IMG/VR virus record: IMGVR_UViG_3300044846_001855
Coordinates: 1 to 36,898 of that record
Reading direction: 5' to 3' (one strand)
Source: a virus
DNA: 36,898 nt
Every line of letters begins with the position of its first letter. The stretch's first letter is position 1. The position numbers were made by a program, and so were the translations under genes. Under the pieces are notes generated by a model that was given only the letters and a program-made list of their open reading frames with translations, had not been told where the DNA came from and searched no databases. Shown piece by piece: positions 7,160 to 16,738 of the stretch.

Positions 7160-7398
7160 GGCTTGTACCCATGGTTAATGGCCCACTCCCTGAGCATGTA
7201 AAAGAGTCCAAGAATGAAGGCCCAAGCTAGACCGCCGAGCGACTTCTCGATCACGGCCTCCCATCTTTTTATTTTTTGGGCCTCTTTCTTAAGTGCAAGT
7301 TTTACGTATCGCACTTCGTCTTCAGTCAAAACAGGCTCTGACGCCTTAACGGCGGAAACCACCGCTGCGACTAACTCCGCTCGTTCTTCAGGTGTCAT
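7156..7398 (-). CDS. Small protein with a C-terminal TM segment (80 aa), lysis-cassette associated
   Basis: A charged helical N-terminus is followed by GGLAWAFILGLFYML. An ATGA overlap links it to the downstream gene. Confidence 0.7.
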   Translation of the reverse strand: MTPEERAELVAAVVSAVKASEPVLTEDEVRYVKLALKKEAQKIKRWEAVIEKSLGGLAWAFILGLFYMLREWAINHGYKP

Positions 7399-7422
7399 TT
7401 TGAAGCCTGTTTTTCTATTTGT

Positions 7423-9444
7423 TTACAAGTTACCTTCGGAAACCCAAGTGCCGGGGTTCCCTGAAACTGTGCATCGCCATCCTTTTGGCTGACCGACAAC
7501 TGGGACTGACTGAATAACGCGATCACCAGCCGCCCACAAGCCAGACCCAGACGGCCCAGAGTTTCCATATTTCGAGATTATGACCCCTGTACCTGCGTTA
7601 TTTTCCACGGTTCCTGCAAGGTCGTTTGATTCATCCGCAATGGTTCCGCTGTTGGAGCCAGCCGCGCCAGTAAACACAATGGATGACCCGCTGAGACTAG
7701 AGAAAAACCTGTTAGCAGTAAGTTTTACTCGGGTGCAGCTATCTTGGTAATAGACGGGGCCAGTAGAGGACAGGTTGTTATTGGATACAGATGCGCCAGT
7801 CAACTTGCTAAGGTACATGCCAATATTAGACAAGCCTGAGACGATGTTTCCAGTGATAACCACATCACTCATTGTTCCGCCTGTCACGGCTTGGATAATC
7901 ATTCCATTTACCGCGCCACGGATGCGGTTACCCACAACAGATACGCCGCTGATAGGCACCGAGGCAGCAATCTGGATTGCGTTGTAATTAGGGTTGACGT
8001 GTCGAATTAGATTGTTTTTCACCTGCAAGCCGTCTGCATTGGCGGCGTAAATAGCCTCTCCGCGCACGGCAGTGGTTCCGGTAGATTGGATGATGTTTCC
8101 CTCTACCAACACAGGAACGCCGCAAGTCTGCACGGAAATGCCGGGGCCACGTTGCGCGGTGATGTTGTTGTTGGCTACGATTACCTCACTAATCAGGCCG
8201 GTAGGGTATCCAGTTGTGTCGCCTGTCGCTACACCAATCGCTGCAACCGCCTGCGTTTCAAACGAGGTCGTAGAGATACAGCAATTACTGATGGTGTTGT
8301 TGGTGACGATTGCGCCGCCTGTTGACTGAATATAAATCCCATGACCGCTTTGTCCGCTTAGAGCGGTTCCGGTAATGTCAAACACACGATTGCCGGTGAT
8401 TGTGGTTTGCGTGTTGTAAGCGGTAGTTACGTAGGCAATGATTCCAGCATAACGAGCGTTTGCAACATAGTTATTCAACACCTTATTACCGGTCGGTGTC
8501 CCGCTTGTGTAGGGGTCTTGAATAAAAATACCGTGTTCAGAGTCTGCTATGCAGTAGTTGTTCTCAACCGTGTTGTTGTTTGACGTGTTTTGAATTGCAA
8601 CTTGCGCGCTGTCTTGCACTGTGCCAAACCAAGAAGAAAAGCGGCAACGGCGAACGACGCAATCCGAAGATTCAAAAATTGCAACGCCCCAATAGCCCAT
8701 GTTGAACATTCCCACGTTCTCTACGGTGCAGTTCCTGCACTCGTTTTCCATAAGCACCCCAGCCTTATATGCTGTTGCGTTGGTTTGAGAGACTGTCGAT
8801 ATTTTCAGGTCGCGAACCGTGACGCCGGAAACACCATTTAGATAAAAGCCGTTAATAGAGCCATCAACCATCTGAATATGGGAGGCCAAGCCATCCCCGA
8901 AAATCAGGGTATTGCTTCTAGGTGATACGCTTGAGTTAATGCGATACGACACATCAGGCGTCGGGAAATAAACGCTCAAGGACTCGTCTAGCGCTTTTTG
9001 AATGGCGGCAGTGTCGTCGGTGACGCCATCACCAACGGCTCCAAAGTCTTTAACACTTACAGACTCCCTGAGCTTTGTTTCCACAGTAGTAGTAACTGCA
9101 CCAGTTCCATCGGGAATGTACGTAACTCCGCTGGAATCCGAGCTAATTCCGCTTGCCTTCAGCGTTGACCAGATAAGCGATTGGGTTTTGCTTTTGACCA
9201 TTAACGAGTAGTCAACCGCATTGGCAAAAACCTGAGCGGGTGAGCCGTTGCGCGATATGTAGCCGTTAATAGTTCGCAGTGGCTGCAATGCCGGAATTGT
9301 TAGATCGCTATCCCAAAAAACGGCGATAGGATTGGATTCTGCGTTCATCCCAGCAACACCGACATAAACAAAACCGGATTGCAAAGGGGCACCTGAAACA
9401 TCGCTGTAAACTGGAAACGGAGGGGTAACGGTAATCGCGCTCAT
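7423..9444 (-). CDS. Tailspike: P22 gp9-like head-binding N-terminus plus a right-handed beta-helix depolymerase domain (673 aa)
   Basis: VSVKDFGAVGDGVTDDTAAIQKAL is the hallmark start of pectate-lyase-type beta-helix domains. The core is long and Gly/Asn/Val/Thr-rich and repetitive. The N-terminal pattern SGFVYVGVAGMNAESNPIAVFWDSDLTIPALQPL resembles the P22 tailspike N-domain. SD AAGGAG is present. Confidence 0.85.
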   Translation of the reverse strand: MSAITVTPPFPVYSDVSGAPLQSGFVYVGVAGMNAESNPIAVFWDSDLTIPALQPLRTINGYISRNGSPAQVFANAVDYSLMVKSKTQSLIWSTLKASGISSDSSGVTYIPDGTGAVTTTVETKLRESVSVKDFGAVGDGVTDDTAAIQKALDESLSVYFPTPDVSYRINSSVSPRSNTLIFGDGLASHIQMVDGSINGFYLNGVSGVTVRDLKISTVSQTNATAYKAGVLMENECRNCTVENVGMFNMGYWGVAIFESSDCVVRRCRFSSWFGTVQDSAQVAIQNTSNNNTVENNYCIADSEHGIFIQDPYTSGTPTGNKVLNNYVANARYAGIIAYVTTAYNTQTTITGNRVFDITGTALSGQSGHGIYIQSTGGAIVTNNTISNCCISTTSFETQAVAAIGVATGDTTGYPTGLISEVIVANNNITAQRGPGISVQTCGVPVLVEGNIIQSTGTTAVRGEAIYAANADGLQVKNNLIRHVNPNYNAIQIAASVPISGVSVVGNRIRGAVNGMIIQAVTGGTMSDVVITGNIVSGLSNIGMYLSKLTGASVSNNNLSSTGPVYYQDSCTRVKLTANRFFSSLSGSSIVFTGAAGSNSGTIADESNDLAGTVENNAGTGVIISKYGNSGPSGSGLWAAGDRVIQSVPVVGQPKGWRCTVSGNPGTWVSEGNL

Positions 9445-11360
9445 TCTTTAGCTCCTTGAGGTTTGTAATTCAGCGCTTGAGTAATCCGCGCTTTAATCTT
9501 TCGGTCTTTGACAGAATCTCGAATGGCTTTCATGCCTTGAATGATTGGCAAAGGTACGCCGGTAGCAGCGCCTGTTAGTCCAGCCTCGGTTATCAATGCC
9601 ATAACAGTCCGCGCCGTGCCTGAGTTATTAATCGAGGTCATCGGTGGATTGGTCTGGATATATTCCAAAACCCGCGCAAGGTTGCGGACTTGCTCTGCAC
9701 CCGATACACCTAGAACCATATTCAGTTTGCCGTTTTTGTCCATTGTGTCTACAGCCTTGCGGAGTTTCGCAGCAGATACCACGGGCAGGTTATCCGCGCC
9801 AATTCCAGACACTGCGGAATCATTCAAATGGCGAAGTGTTGCGCCTTGCAGCTCTTTCCAAGCCTGTTTGCCTTCGTCGCCACCAGCCACAAGCAAAACG
9901 CGCTTGATGTGCTGAATCTCGGAAGGTCGGGCAGAGAGAATCGTTTTCTGGAAAACATCCTCAATTGGAACCTTCGCATCACTCATGCCCTTTTTCTCGG
10001 CAAGCAAGTTAGCCACGATTGCGCGGTTTTCGTACTTCTGCGCCTGTCGTTGGCGTTGCGCCCTCATAGCGCGAGTGACTTGACCGCCCACGGGGTCTCC
10101 AACTTCATCAATCTGACGTTTGAGGATTGCCACAAGGCGGCGATCATTGGGAGTCGATGCACCGATAGCGGAGACGGATTGTCGAAACTCCTCCAGCTTT
10201 CCGAGCGTAGTGGGCGCAGGGATTAGGTTGCCAGCGTCATCCATTTGAGCGATACCCAATCGGACTGCGTTCTGTCGGGCTAGGTCGGTAACCCCAGTCA
10301 TTCCAGACACGCCCACAGGCTGCGAATTGAGAAACTCTAGTACCGGTGTCTGGTTGACCGGCATTTGAGCCTCTGGCGAGTTTCTGAAGCCTTCGTAAAG
10401 CGCGTTAGTCTTGGCTTTCTCCTGCGCGTAACCCTTCATCAAAGTATCTACAACCTTGATTCCAGTATTGGACATATCGCCAGTCTCTGCGCCGGTATCG
10501 TCTATCAGTTGGTCAAACTTGCTTAATGCTGCGCGGTTGTTTTCTTGTTGCCGCTCCAAAAACTGCGCTTGATATTCTGGCGTCTTGGCCTTTTCTTTTT
10601 CCCATGCCAGCATCTGAGGGCTGCGCTTTGTCTCGCCTTCAGTAAGACGCAGACCGGCCATTTCTGCCTCGGTTGCGCGTTGTAGCTCGATAGGCGTAGC
10701 AGCCGCACCGCCACTGCCTTTACGAGCCACCGATACACCTTCAGGCAGGCCAGAATCACCCATTACCATTTTGCCCATGCCTTCGGGCACGGCTTTTGCA
10801 GCTTGCGCGGCCTTTTGCACGATTGGTTTAGCGGCTGCTAGGCTTCGCATTGCGGTTGCCTCTGCCAATGGGGCTATCCCTTGCGCTGCGCGTCCTACGG
10901 CACCGATTGGGCCTGCCACGGGGATGACTGGGGGCAGAAACTCTAGCGCCTTGCCTACGGACTCCACCATCTCGCCGCCTGCTTTCGTTGCGGGGGTTCG
11001 CATACCTGCTTGCATACCTTCGGATGCGGCTTTTTCCACCATCTTGACGGCTTCAGGTGTGCCGAACTTGCCATCAAGAATCTGCTGCGCGAGTCCTTTG
11101 AGTGCGCCACCGATTGCGCCCACGGCACCAATGGGAGCGGTTGCAAGGGTTGCGGCTGCGTCTAGGCCTCCGATAACCTTTTCGCCCATTGTTGGCTCTG
11201 GTGGCCGCGTAATGGTTTCTGGAATAACCGAATCTGGAATCATGTTTGCAGGGTTTTTCCTTGCTTCAATGATTTGTTGCCCAAGAATCCGCGCATAGTC
11301 CAGCTTCCCAGCATCGCGAGCCCTGCGCATACCTTCTTCAAGCTGTGCAAGTGTCGCCAT
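9441..11360 (-). CDS. Ejection (internal virion) protein, P22 gp16-position (639 aa)
   Basis: Size and order match the P22 gp14-gp7-gp20-gp16-gp9 series. The sequence is Ala/Gly-rich and low complexity. Confidence 0.6.
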   Translation of the reverse strand: MATLAQLEEGMRRARDAGKLDYARILGQQIIEARKNPANMIPDSVIPETITRPPEPTMGEKVIGGLDAAATLATAPIGAVGAIGGALKGLAQQILDGKFGTPEAVKMVEKAASEGMQAGMRTPATKAGGEMVESVGKALEFLPPVIPVAGPIGAVGRAAQGIAPLAEATAMRSLAAAKPIVQKAAQAAKAVPEGMGKMVMGDSGLPEGVSVARKGSGGAAATPIELQRATEAEMAGLRLTEGETKRSPQMLAWEKEKAKTPEYQAQFLERQQENNRAALSKFDQLIDDTGAETGDMSNTGIKVVDTLMKGYAQEKAKTNALYEGFRNSPEAQMPVNQTPVLEFLNSQPVGVSGMTGVTDLARQNAVRLGIAQMDDAGNLIPAPTTLGKLEEFRQSVSAIGASTPNDRRLVAILKRQIDEVGDPVGGQVTRAMRAQRQRQAQKYENRAIVANLLAEKKGMSDAKVPIEDVFQKTILSARPSEIQHIKRVLLVAGGDEGKQAWKELQGATLRHLNDSAVSGIGADNLPVVSAAKLRKAVDTMDKNGKLNMVLGVSGAEQVRNLARVLEYIQTNPPMTSINNSGTARTVMALITEAGLTGAATGVPLPIIQGMKAIRDSVKDRKIKARITQALNYKPQGAKE

Positions 11361-12685
11361 TACATCACCCCTAGTTCTTTGAGAATGTCGTCAGTGGTTA
11401 GATTGGCGGGGGCTTTGTTTGCTGCCTTTTCATTGCCTTTGCTTGGTGCAATATCAGGCATGCCAAACTTTGCAGTGGTTCTGCTGCGCATTTCAAACAA
11501 GCCTTGGTCGATTCGCTTAATCTCTTTGATGAGAGCGTCTTCGCTTTGGAATCGGTCTAGGTTGGCGTCAATGCTTTTCAAAAACGCAATGTCTTTGTCG
11601 GATGTTGCGCCCTTTAGCAGGCCCATTTTTGTGGCAGCAATGGAGTTGCCAAGCTGATCTAGTTGACCTGCCGCAGTCCTAGCTTTGGTGCCGGGAATCC
11701 ACCCGCGAAACGCTGATGCGCCAGTGGCTGCGCGAAGCGTATCCTCATCATCCATTAACGATGAAATGAGGGTGCGCGTGTTGTCAATTCCATTAACGGC
11801 TTCTGTCGCCTCTGAAACCTTGGTGCGCACTTCGTCATCGCGCTTTCTCTCCATGTCGCCCAATTTAAGCTCTAGCTCTTTGCGCTTCAGGTCATTAGAC
11901 TCTCTCTCAATACCAACACGAGCGGCTGCAATTCGCGCATTTTGGTTGCTGATTCCAATATCAGATTGAATTTTCTTAATGTCCCATCCCGCCTTTTGCA
12001 GGCCCATCACAGCCTCAGATTCTGCAAACTTTGCGGCAATTGCGGCCTTCTCCGCTTTGGCTTCAGCATCTTTCAGTTCTGCTGGGGCTTTGGCCTCTGC
12101 GCGGGACTCTTGACCGATCTTGGTAACGCTTTCGATGACCTTATCACCGCCCGGCACCTGTGCAACCATGATGCCCATAGACTTCATTGCAGCCTGCGGG
12201 TTGGCCTCTGCGATCTGCGCCCATGTGTCGTAAGCCTTGGCTTGATCTTCTTGGCCTGCGTTGCGCTCTGCTTCGGCTCGGTCTTTCAAGAGTTGAACAC
12301 CAACTTGAGGGCTACCAGAGTTAAAGGCCGAGAGCACTTGGCCGGAAAATTTGAGGGTGTTTTCCTGCTTGTCCTTGTTCATCAAGTCCCAGTTAGCTCG
12401 CATCGAAGCGGCTTCTTTTTCGGGGAGCATGGAAGCCACGCGCACGAAGTCTTGCGCGGTTGGATTGGGGTTGCTGAACAATGCCCTTGTAGCGTCTCGC
12501 GCCTCGGCTTGTCGCAGGGCTTCTGCGCGCTCTGCGTCTGCTTTGGCTTGCGTTGCGTCACGCTGGGCCATTGTTGCCTCGCGCTGGGCTTGCATCTGGG
12601 CCATGTTCGCCCCAATGCCGTAGCCTTGGACAGCGGCCTCAAAGGGGCTTTTTACGTTTAGTGAGTAGTCAATCGGTGCAACCAT
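11360..12685 (-). CDS. Ejection protein, P22 gp20-position (441 aa)
   Basis: Synteny and size. The sequence is Ala/Glu/Lys-rich and coiled-coil-like. A TAATG overlap links it to the next gene. Confidence 0.6.
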   Translation of the reverse strand: MVAPIDYSLNVKSPFEAAVQGYGIGANMAQMQAQREATMAQRDATQAKADAERAEALRQAEARDATRALFSNPNPTAQDFVRVASMLPEKEAASMRANWDLMNKDKQENTLKFSGQVLSAFNSGSPQVGVQLLKDRAEAERNAGQEDQAKAYDTWAQIAEANPQAAMKSMGIMVAQVPGGDKVIESVTKIGQESRAEAKAPAELKDAEAKAEKAAIAAKFAESEAVMGLQKAGWDIKKIQSDIGISNQNARIAAARVGIERESNDLKRKELELKLGDMERKRDDEVRTKVSEATEAVNGIDNTRTLISSLMDDEDTLRAATGASAFRGWIPGTKARTAAGQLDQLGNSIAATKMGLLKGATSDKDIAFLKSIDANLDRFQSEDALIKEIKRIDQGLFEMRSRTTAKFGMPDIAPSKGNEKAANKAPANLTTDDILKELGVM

Positions 12686-12694
12686 AGCGCCCCC

Positions 12695-13333
12695 TTAAAA
12701 TATTTTCATGCCACCGGCACCGGCTTGCATGCCTAGTAGCTGCATAGGTGCGTTCAATAGGCCGCTGTAGGCGTTTGCTTGACCAAGTACACCACCGGCA
12801 GACGCTGCGCCTTGTTGAGCCAGTAGGCTTGCCACGTTGTTTGCCGAGGTCATCCCAGAGCTACCAACACCCGCAGCGGAGTTTTGCCCCATCTGAGTCA
12901 ACCCGCCGAGGTTTGCATATTGCTGGTTGATAGCGTTGGTCAGCATGGCGGGGCGGTATTGGGCTAGTGCGCCCTGAATGTTTCCACCACGTAGCCCACC
13001 AGTTGCCGAGGCGTTTTGCAGCATTGCGTTTTCGCCTTGCTGTACTTGAGCCTGAAACCCTGCGGAGTTTTCAATAGCTGAATAGGCATTGCGCTGTGCG
13101 TCTGCACCAGACAAGCCTAGAAGAGCCTGTTGCTGGCCGAGTGCGGTAGTTCCTGCGCTTACATATGGGGAAAGTAGCTTCTCCATTGCCAGACGTGCGG
13201 CGCGTTGTTCTGCAATGCCTGCGGCTGATGCGTCGCCCTGAATGCTTGCGGCTTCGCTTGCTGCGTCAGCCTGCATAACCCCACTAAGTAAGGTTGTGCC
13301 GCCCACTACTAGGCCGGTTACTGGATCAGGCAT
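12695..13333 (-). CDS. Ejection protein, P22 gp7-like (212 aa)
   Basis: Gly/Ala/Gln/Asn-rich composition (..GLRGGNIQGALAQY..QQYANLGGLTQMGQ..) typical of gp7-type DNA-transfer proteins, plus synteny. Confidence 0.65.
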   Translation of the reverse strand: MPDPVTGLVVGGTTLLSGVMQADAASEAASIQGDASAAGIAEQRAARLAMEKLLSPYVSAGTTALGQQQALLGLSGADAQRNAYSAIENSAGFQAQVQQGENAMLQNASATGGLRGGNIQGALAQYRPAMLTNAINQQYANLGGLTQMGQNSAAGVGSSGMTSANNVASLLAQQGAASAGGVLGQANAYSGLLNAPMQLLGMQAGAGGMKIF

Positions 13334-13760
13334 GATGAAACTCCTTCAAATAGTCCTCTAGGGATTCGCCGTAGAGACTTAAAACGATATGCGCGTTTTG
13401 TGTTGCAAACTCGGTGCCTCGCGTGAGTTGCACGGCCATCAACACAAGGTCGTAGAACCCTGCGCGCCAGTTGAATGATTTAGCGTCTGCGTTTCCTTCA
13501 CGCTCTACGGTGTCGGATGCTTGCCATTTGAGAATTGCCGAGCCGATTAGCGGGGCGAGTGTGCTGATGTTGTCCCGATAGAACGGGTTTTGACCCATAC
13601 ACACTAGGGTATTCCAGATAACCGCGTTTAGGTCGTCGCGCTTAACTTCGTCACCATCGGCAACGTCATCAAATAGCTGGATGGCTTGGAATAGCATCAA
13701 AAGCCAATCCACCGCATGGGGCGGGAGAATCTTCTCTAAATTGGCTTTGAGTGAGTCCAT
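13326..13760 (-). CDS. Hypothetical helical protein in the P22 gp14 position (144 aa)
   Basis: Clean ATG and synteny. It is preceded by the only 74-bp gap in this part of the late operon. Confidence 0.6.
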   Translation of the reverse strand: MDSLKANLEKILPPHAVDWLLMLFQAIQLFDDVADGDEVKRDDLNAVIWNTLVCMGQNPFYRDNISTLAPLIGSAILKWQASDTVEREGNADAKSFNWRAGFYDLVLMAVQLTRGTEFATQNAHIVLSLYGESLEDYLKEFHHA

Positions 13761-13833
13761 ATAAATCCTGTTTAGACCCGCTGGAAGGCTTGGACTCAGC
13801 TAGGCTGATATTAGCATGGGGGTCTATATACGA

Positions 13834-14166
13834 TCAAGTTATTTCACGGCCCGACGCGCTGATGGTCAAACCCGATGCGGAGGCGTTGGTGTGAATAGAC
13901 CCACCCACTTCAATTACTTGACCCACTAGCTCGGGGCATAGGTATGTCTCACCCGCTGCAATCTCGCGCACGTATAAAACGCAGTTACTTGCGGACGGAG
14001 CCGAACTAACGTCAGGCAGGTAGATTGAGATATTTGATTCACCCGCTCCGGTATTGGTCACGGTAAATTTATCAATGACCGTCTTTCGGCCAGATGCGAT
14101 GTATTGCGAAGCCATCCCCACGGGTGCGGCTTTGCGGGGGATGATGTTTGAAATGGTTACGGTCAT
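13834..14166 (-). CDS. Hypothetical virion-module protein (110 aa)
   Basis: The internal ATG (M11 of track ORF 13834..14196) overlaps the upstream stop (ATGA at 14163-14166). Confidence 0.65.
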   Translation of the reverse strand: MTVTISNIIPRKAAPVGMASQYIASGRKTVIDKFTVTNTGAGESNISIYLPDVSSAPSASNCVLYVREIAAGETYLCPELVGQVIEVGGSIHTNASASGLTISASGREIT

Positions 14167-15338
14167 TGTTGCACCTGATCGACGGAAACAATACAAGCGG
14201 GAGCGGCGGGGGCAAATGCCGTCGCAGCGAAGGGCGACAAGGTGACAGCCGTGCTATCAGCCGCCCACATCAATTCTATGTAGTCATTAGCAGCAAGCGA
14301 GAAAACCATGCTCCGCGATGGTGTCGCCAATGCGGAGTTGCTTTCTAGTGAAACTTTGAACGAGCTATTCGCAATATCTACACCGTTTTTACGAAACCAT
14401 AACCAGACGTTTTTAGTGCTTGCGCTCGTTGATGCAAGCTGAAACGCACAGTTGAACTCGTACAGGCCAGAGTGAGCCACGATTAAGCGTGAGCCGCTGC
14501 CAATGGTTACCCCGTTAGACACTGATGCAGAATCAAGCCCGATTGCATAGGCCGTGTTAATCGCTGCGGGTGTTTGCGATGTAGTCTTGTTGAACGTGCC
14601 GTAATACTTTTGCTGTTCAATTACCGGACGGACAAAAATAGAACCAGTCGCACCCACGGATAGAACCGCGCCCACCGGCACGGAAACGCTCGGGGCGGTT
14701 GGTTTGATGTTTGTTAACCCGCCTGCCGTTGTTGGGCTTGCGTAGAGAATGTCGCCAACTAGCCACGTTTCCCCATAAGGTATGCCTGTCGTGTTGATTT
14801 CACGCACAGCACCCAATACGGTAGCGCGGCCATTCCCTCCGGTTGGTATGTCTTGCGTGAGCACCCCAATCGCGTAAAGCGAAGGCATAGACCCGTCAGC
14901 AAGATATGGAGAGACTTCAATCAACCCAGACGCACCAGAGAAGCCCACCACGGAGCCATTGGGCAGAATCGAGCCGGTATTGTTGGTCACCCTGATGTAA
15001 GCCTCTAGGCCCACTTGCTGAGTAACGCCTCCGGTGTGGTGGATGTTGATGGTGTCGTCGTCATCATTCCACGCCACTCGCGCCACTTTGTTGACGTGCT
15101 TTGGTCGCTTGGTGAAGTCGATGTAATCCAATGCGGAGTGCATCGGGGTCGCCTCTGCACGGTTCTCAGCCACGCCTGCGGAGTAACCAGACTCAACGAT
15201 TAGCTGCGTAAGGTTCGCAACGTCATCAGGGGTTAGGTTCGCAGTGACGCGCAAAAGACGTTCAAACGCCTTAATAGTCTCATGGTCTGGAAGAAACTTT
15301 GCAAGCTGGTTGCGGGTTATTGGCTTGTCAGTGGTCAT
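14163..15338 (-). CDS. Tail needle-position fibre with a C-terminal C1q/TNF-like jelly-roll knob (391 aa)
   Basis: It directly follows the gp10-like gene, as gp26 does in P22. The C-terminal 130 aa (SGLYEFNCAFQLAS..NVWLWFRKNGVDIANS..MVFSLAANDYIELMW) shows the spacing pattern of C1q/TNF-like domains. Confidence 0.55.
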   Translation of the reverse strand: MTTDKPITRNQLAKFLPDHETIKAFERLLRVTANLTPDDVANLTQLIVESGYSAGVAENRAEATPMHSALDYIDFTKRPKHVNKVARVAWNDDDDTINIHHTGGVTQQVGLEAYIRVTNNTGSILPNGSVVGFSGASGLIEVSPYLADGSMPSLYAIGVLTQDIPTGGNGRATVLGAVREINTTGIPYGETWLVGDILYASPTTAGGLTNIKPTAPSVSVPVGAVLSVGATGSIFVRPVIEQQKYYGTFNKTTSQTPAAINTAYAIGLDSASVSNGVTIGSGSRLIVAHSGLYEFNCAFQLASTSASTKNVWLWFRKNGVDIANSSFKVSLESNSALATPSRSMVFSLAANDYIELMWAADSTAVTLSPFAATAFAPAAPACIVSVDQVQQ

Positions 15339-16738
15339 TACACCGCCAATGGCTCTACACGAGCCTCTAAACGTGCAATGGATATGAAGGCTTGGCTATC
15401 ACCGTTAAATCGCTGTATGCGCCAATTCCTCATTGCGCCTTGGCCTAGCCATACGATGCGTTTGGCACGGTCGCCCAGCTTTCCAGCCTTGACGTATTTG
15501 TCTTGGCTCCACTCCACCCCATCAAGTGAATATGATGTGCGGATAACAGGGTCTAGCCCAAAGGCAGTGCGGCCAGTCAGACAGACCAGCTCTAATTCAT
15601 GGATGATGGCTCCGCGCCCTTCGTTGTAGACAATGAGAGTCCCGAACTCCCACCGGACTATTGAACCGTAGTGAGATGAAACCTCATCGGTTAGGTAGCC
15701 TACGTTAGGGTTTACCGAGTCGCCAATAGTCCAGCGGTCATACGCATAAACCAAGTCTTTAGCGCGGTACTCACTAAATCCCTTAATCGTGCTTGTAAGC
15801 TGAAACCATACCGGCTGGCCTAGTTCTTGCGATGCTGATGCGTCATAGACAAGAGTGCGGTCAGGCAACCTTACCCACAAATGAACGTGGCTTTTGTCGG
15901 TCTTGGACTCAAAAATAGAGTTTGCAAGCTCGGCCTCTGTGTAGGCAGAAAGCAGCGTATCAATCTCGCGTGTGCTGATCTTGATTGCGTTGGCGTTCGC
16001 TGCGACATAGATAGCGGGGGATTCGTTGCGTCCACCGCCCAAAAATGCGATGGTGTCGGCAAACACGCATGAGCAGAAAGTGCCTAACGCGCCCTTTTGA
16101 ATCTGTGCGCCTTCAATCCGCTGGAATGGGAAGCCCTCACCGCCCACGTTATCGAACACTTCAATTGTGTTGCGGTTCAAAACGTAGATTTCGTTGCGCA
16201 GCTTCAGCAGTGCATTGATAGGGTCGGGGTCTGCTTCAGAGCTTCCGTACTTCAGCGGGTTTACTTGTGTCGGGTCTGTCAGTTCAGTGACTACCAAAAA
16301 CTCGCCATCAGTGGTCAGAAAGTATCCATCCACCCAGCAAAAGTCAATAACCGCTCCTAGATCAAGGTCAGTAACTTGACTAAGTGTTGACCCGTTCCAA
16401 TAAAACAACTTCCCGCCTGAATTGATGCCAAGACGATCAAATGAGTAATCAAACACCACTTGACCAGTTCCACCGACATCACCCAAAACAGATACGGCAC
16501 CAATATCGGAAACAGAGACTAGCTTCGTCCCCATTACCCGATAACATATGCCGTTCCAGTTGATGCCGCCACGACTAAGCCCCGGCCCCATGCCGTTAGA
16601 GACTAGCCCCTCAGCAGGGCGCAGGTAACCCTTGCTGATGCCGTTGTCCTTCGGTACTGGTACGAGATTGACCGGATATGACGTCCGAAAATCTGCGGCA
16701 CCATCCGAAAAAATCCCATTAAGTACCGGTATTTGCAT
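15338..16738 (-). CDS. Tail accessory factor, P22 gp10-like (466 aa)
   Basis: Length and colinear motifs, for example TLVYDASASQ versus VLVYDASSSQ in P22 gp10 as I recall it. Synteny supports this. Confidence 0.8.
   Translation of the reverse strand: MQIPVLNGIFSDGAADFRTSYPVNLVPVPKDNGISKGYLRPAEGLVSNGMGPGLSRGGINWNGICYRVMGTKLVSVSDIGAVSVLGDVGGTGQVVFDYSFDRLGINSGGKLFYWNGSTLSQVTDLDLGAVIDFCWVDGYFLTTDGEFLVVTELTDPTQVNPLKYGSSEADPDPINALLKLRNEIYVLNRNTIEVFDNVGGEGFPFQRIEGAQIQKGALGTFCSCVFADTIAFLGGGRNESPAIYVAANANAIKISTREIDTLLSAYTEAELANSIFESKTDKSHVHLWVRLPDRTLVYDASASQELGQPVWFQLTSTIKGFSEYRAKDLVYAYDRWTIGDSVNPNVGYLTDEVSSHYGSIVRWEFGTLIVYNEGRGAIIHELELVCLTGRTAFGLDPVIRTSYSLDGVEWSQDKYVKAGKLGDRAKRIVWLGQGAMRNWRIQRFNGDSQAFISIARLEARVEPLAV

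Noticed and set aside
13326-13760. The DDxxD-like motif (LFDDVADGD) in the 144-aa gp14-position protein, which suggests an isoprenoid or terpene synthase
   Set aside because: The protein is about half the size of any such enzyme, lacks a second Asp-rich motif, and sits in the ejection-protein block. The motif match is too short to be meaningful.
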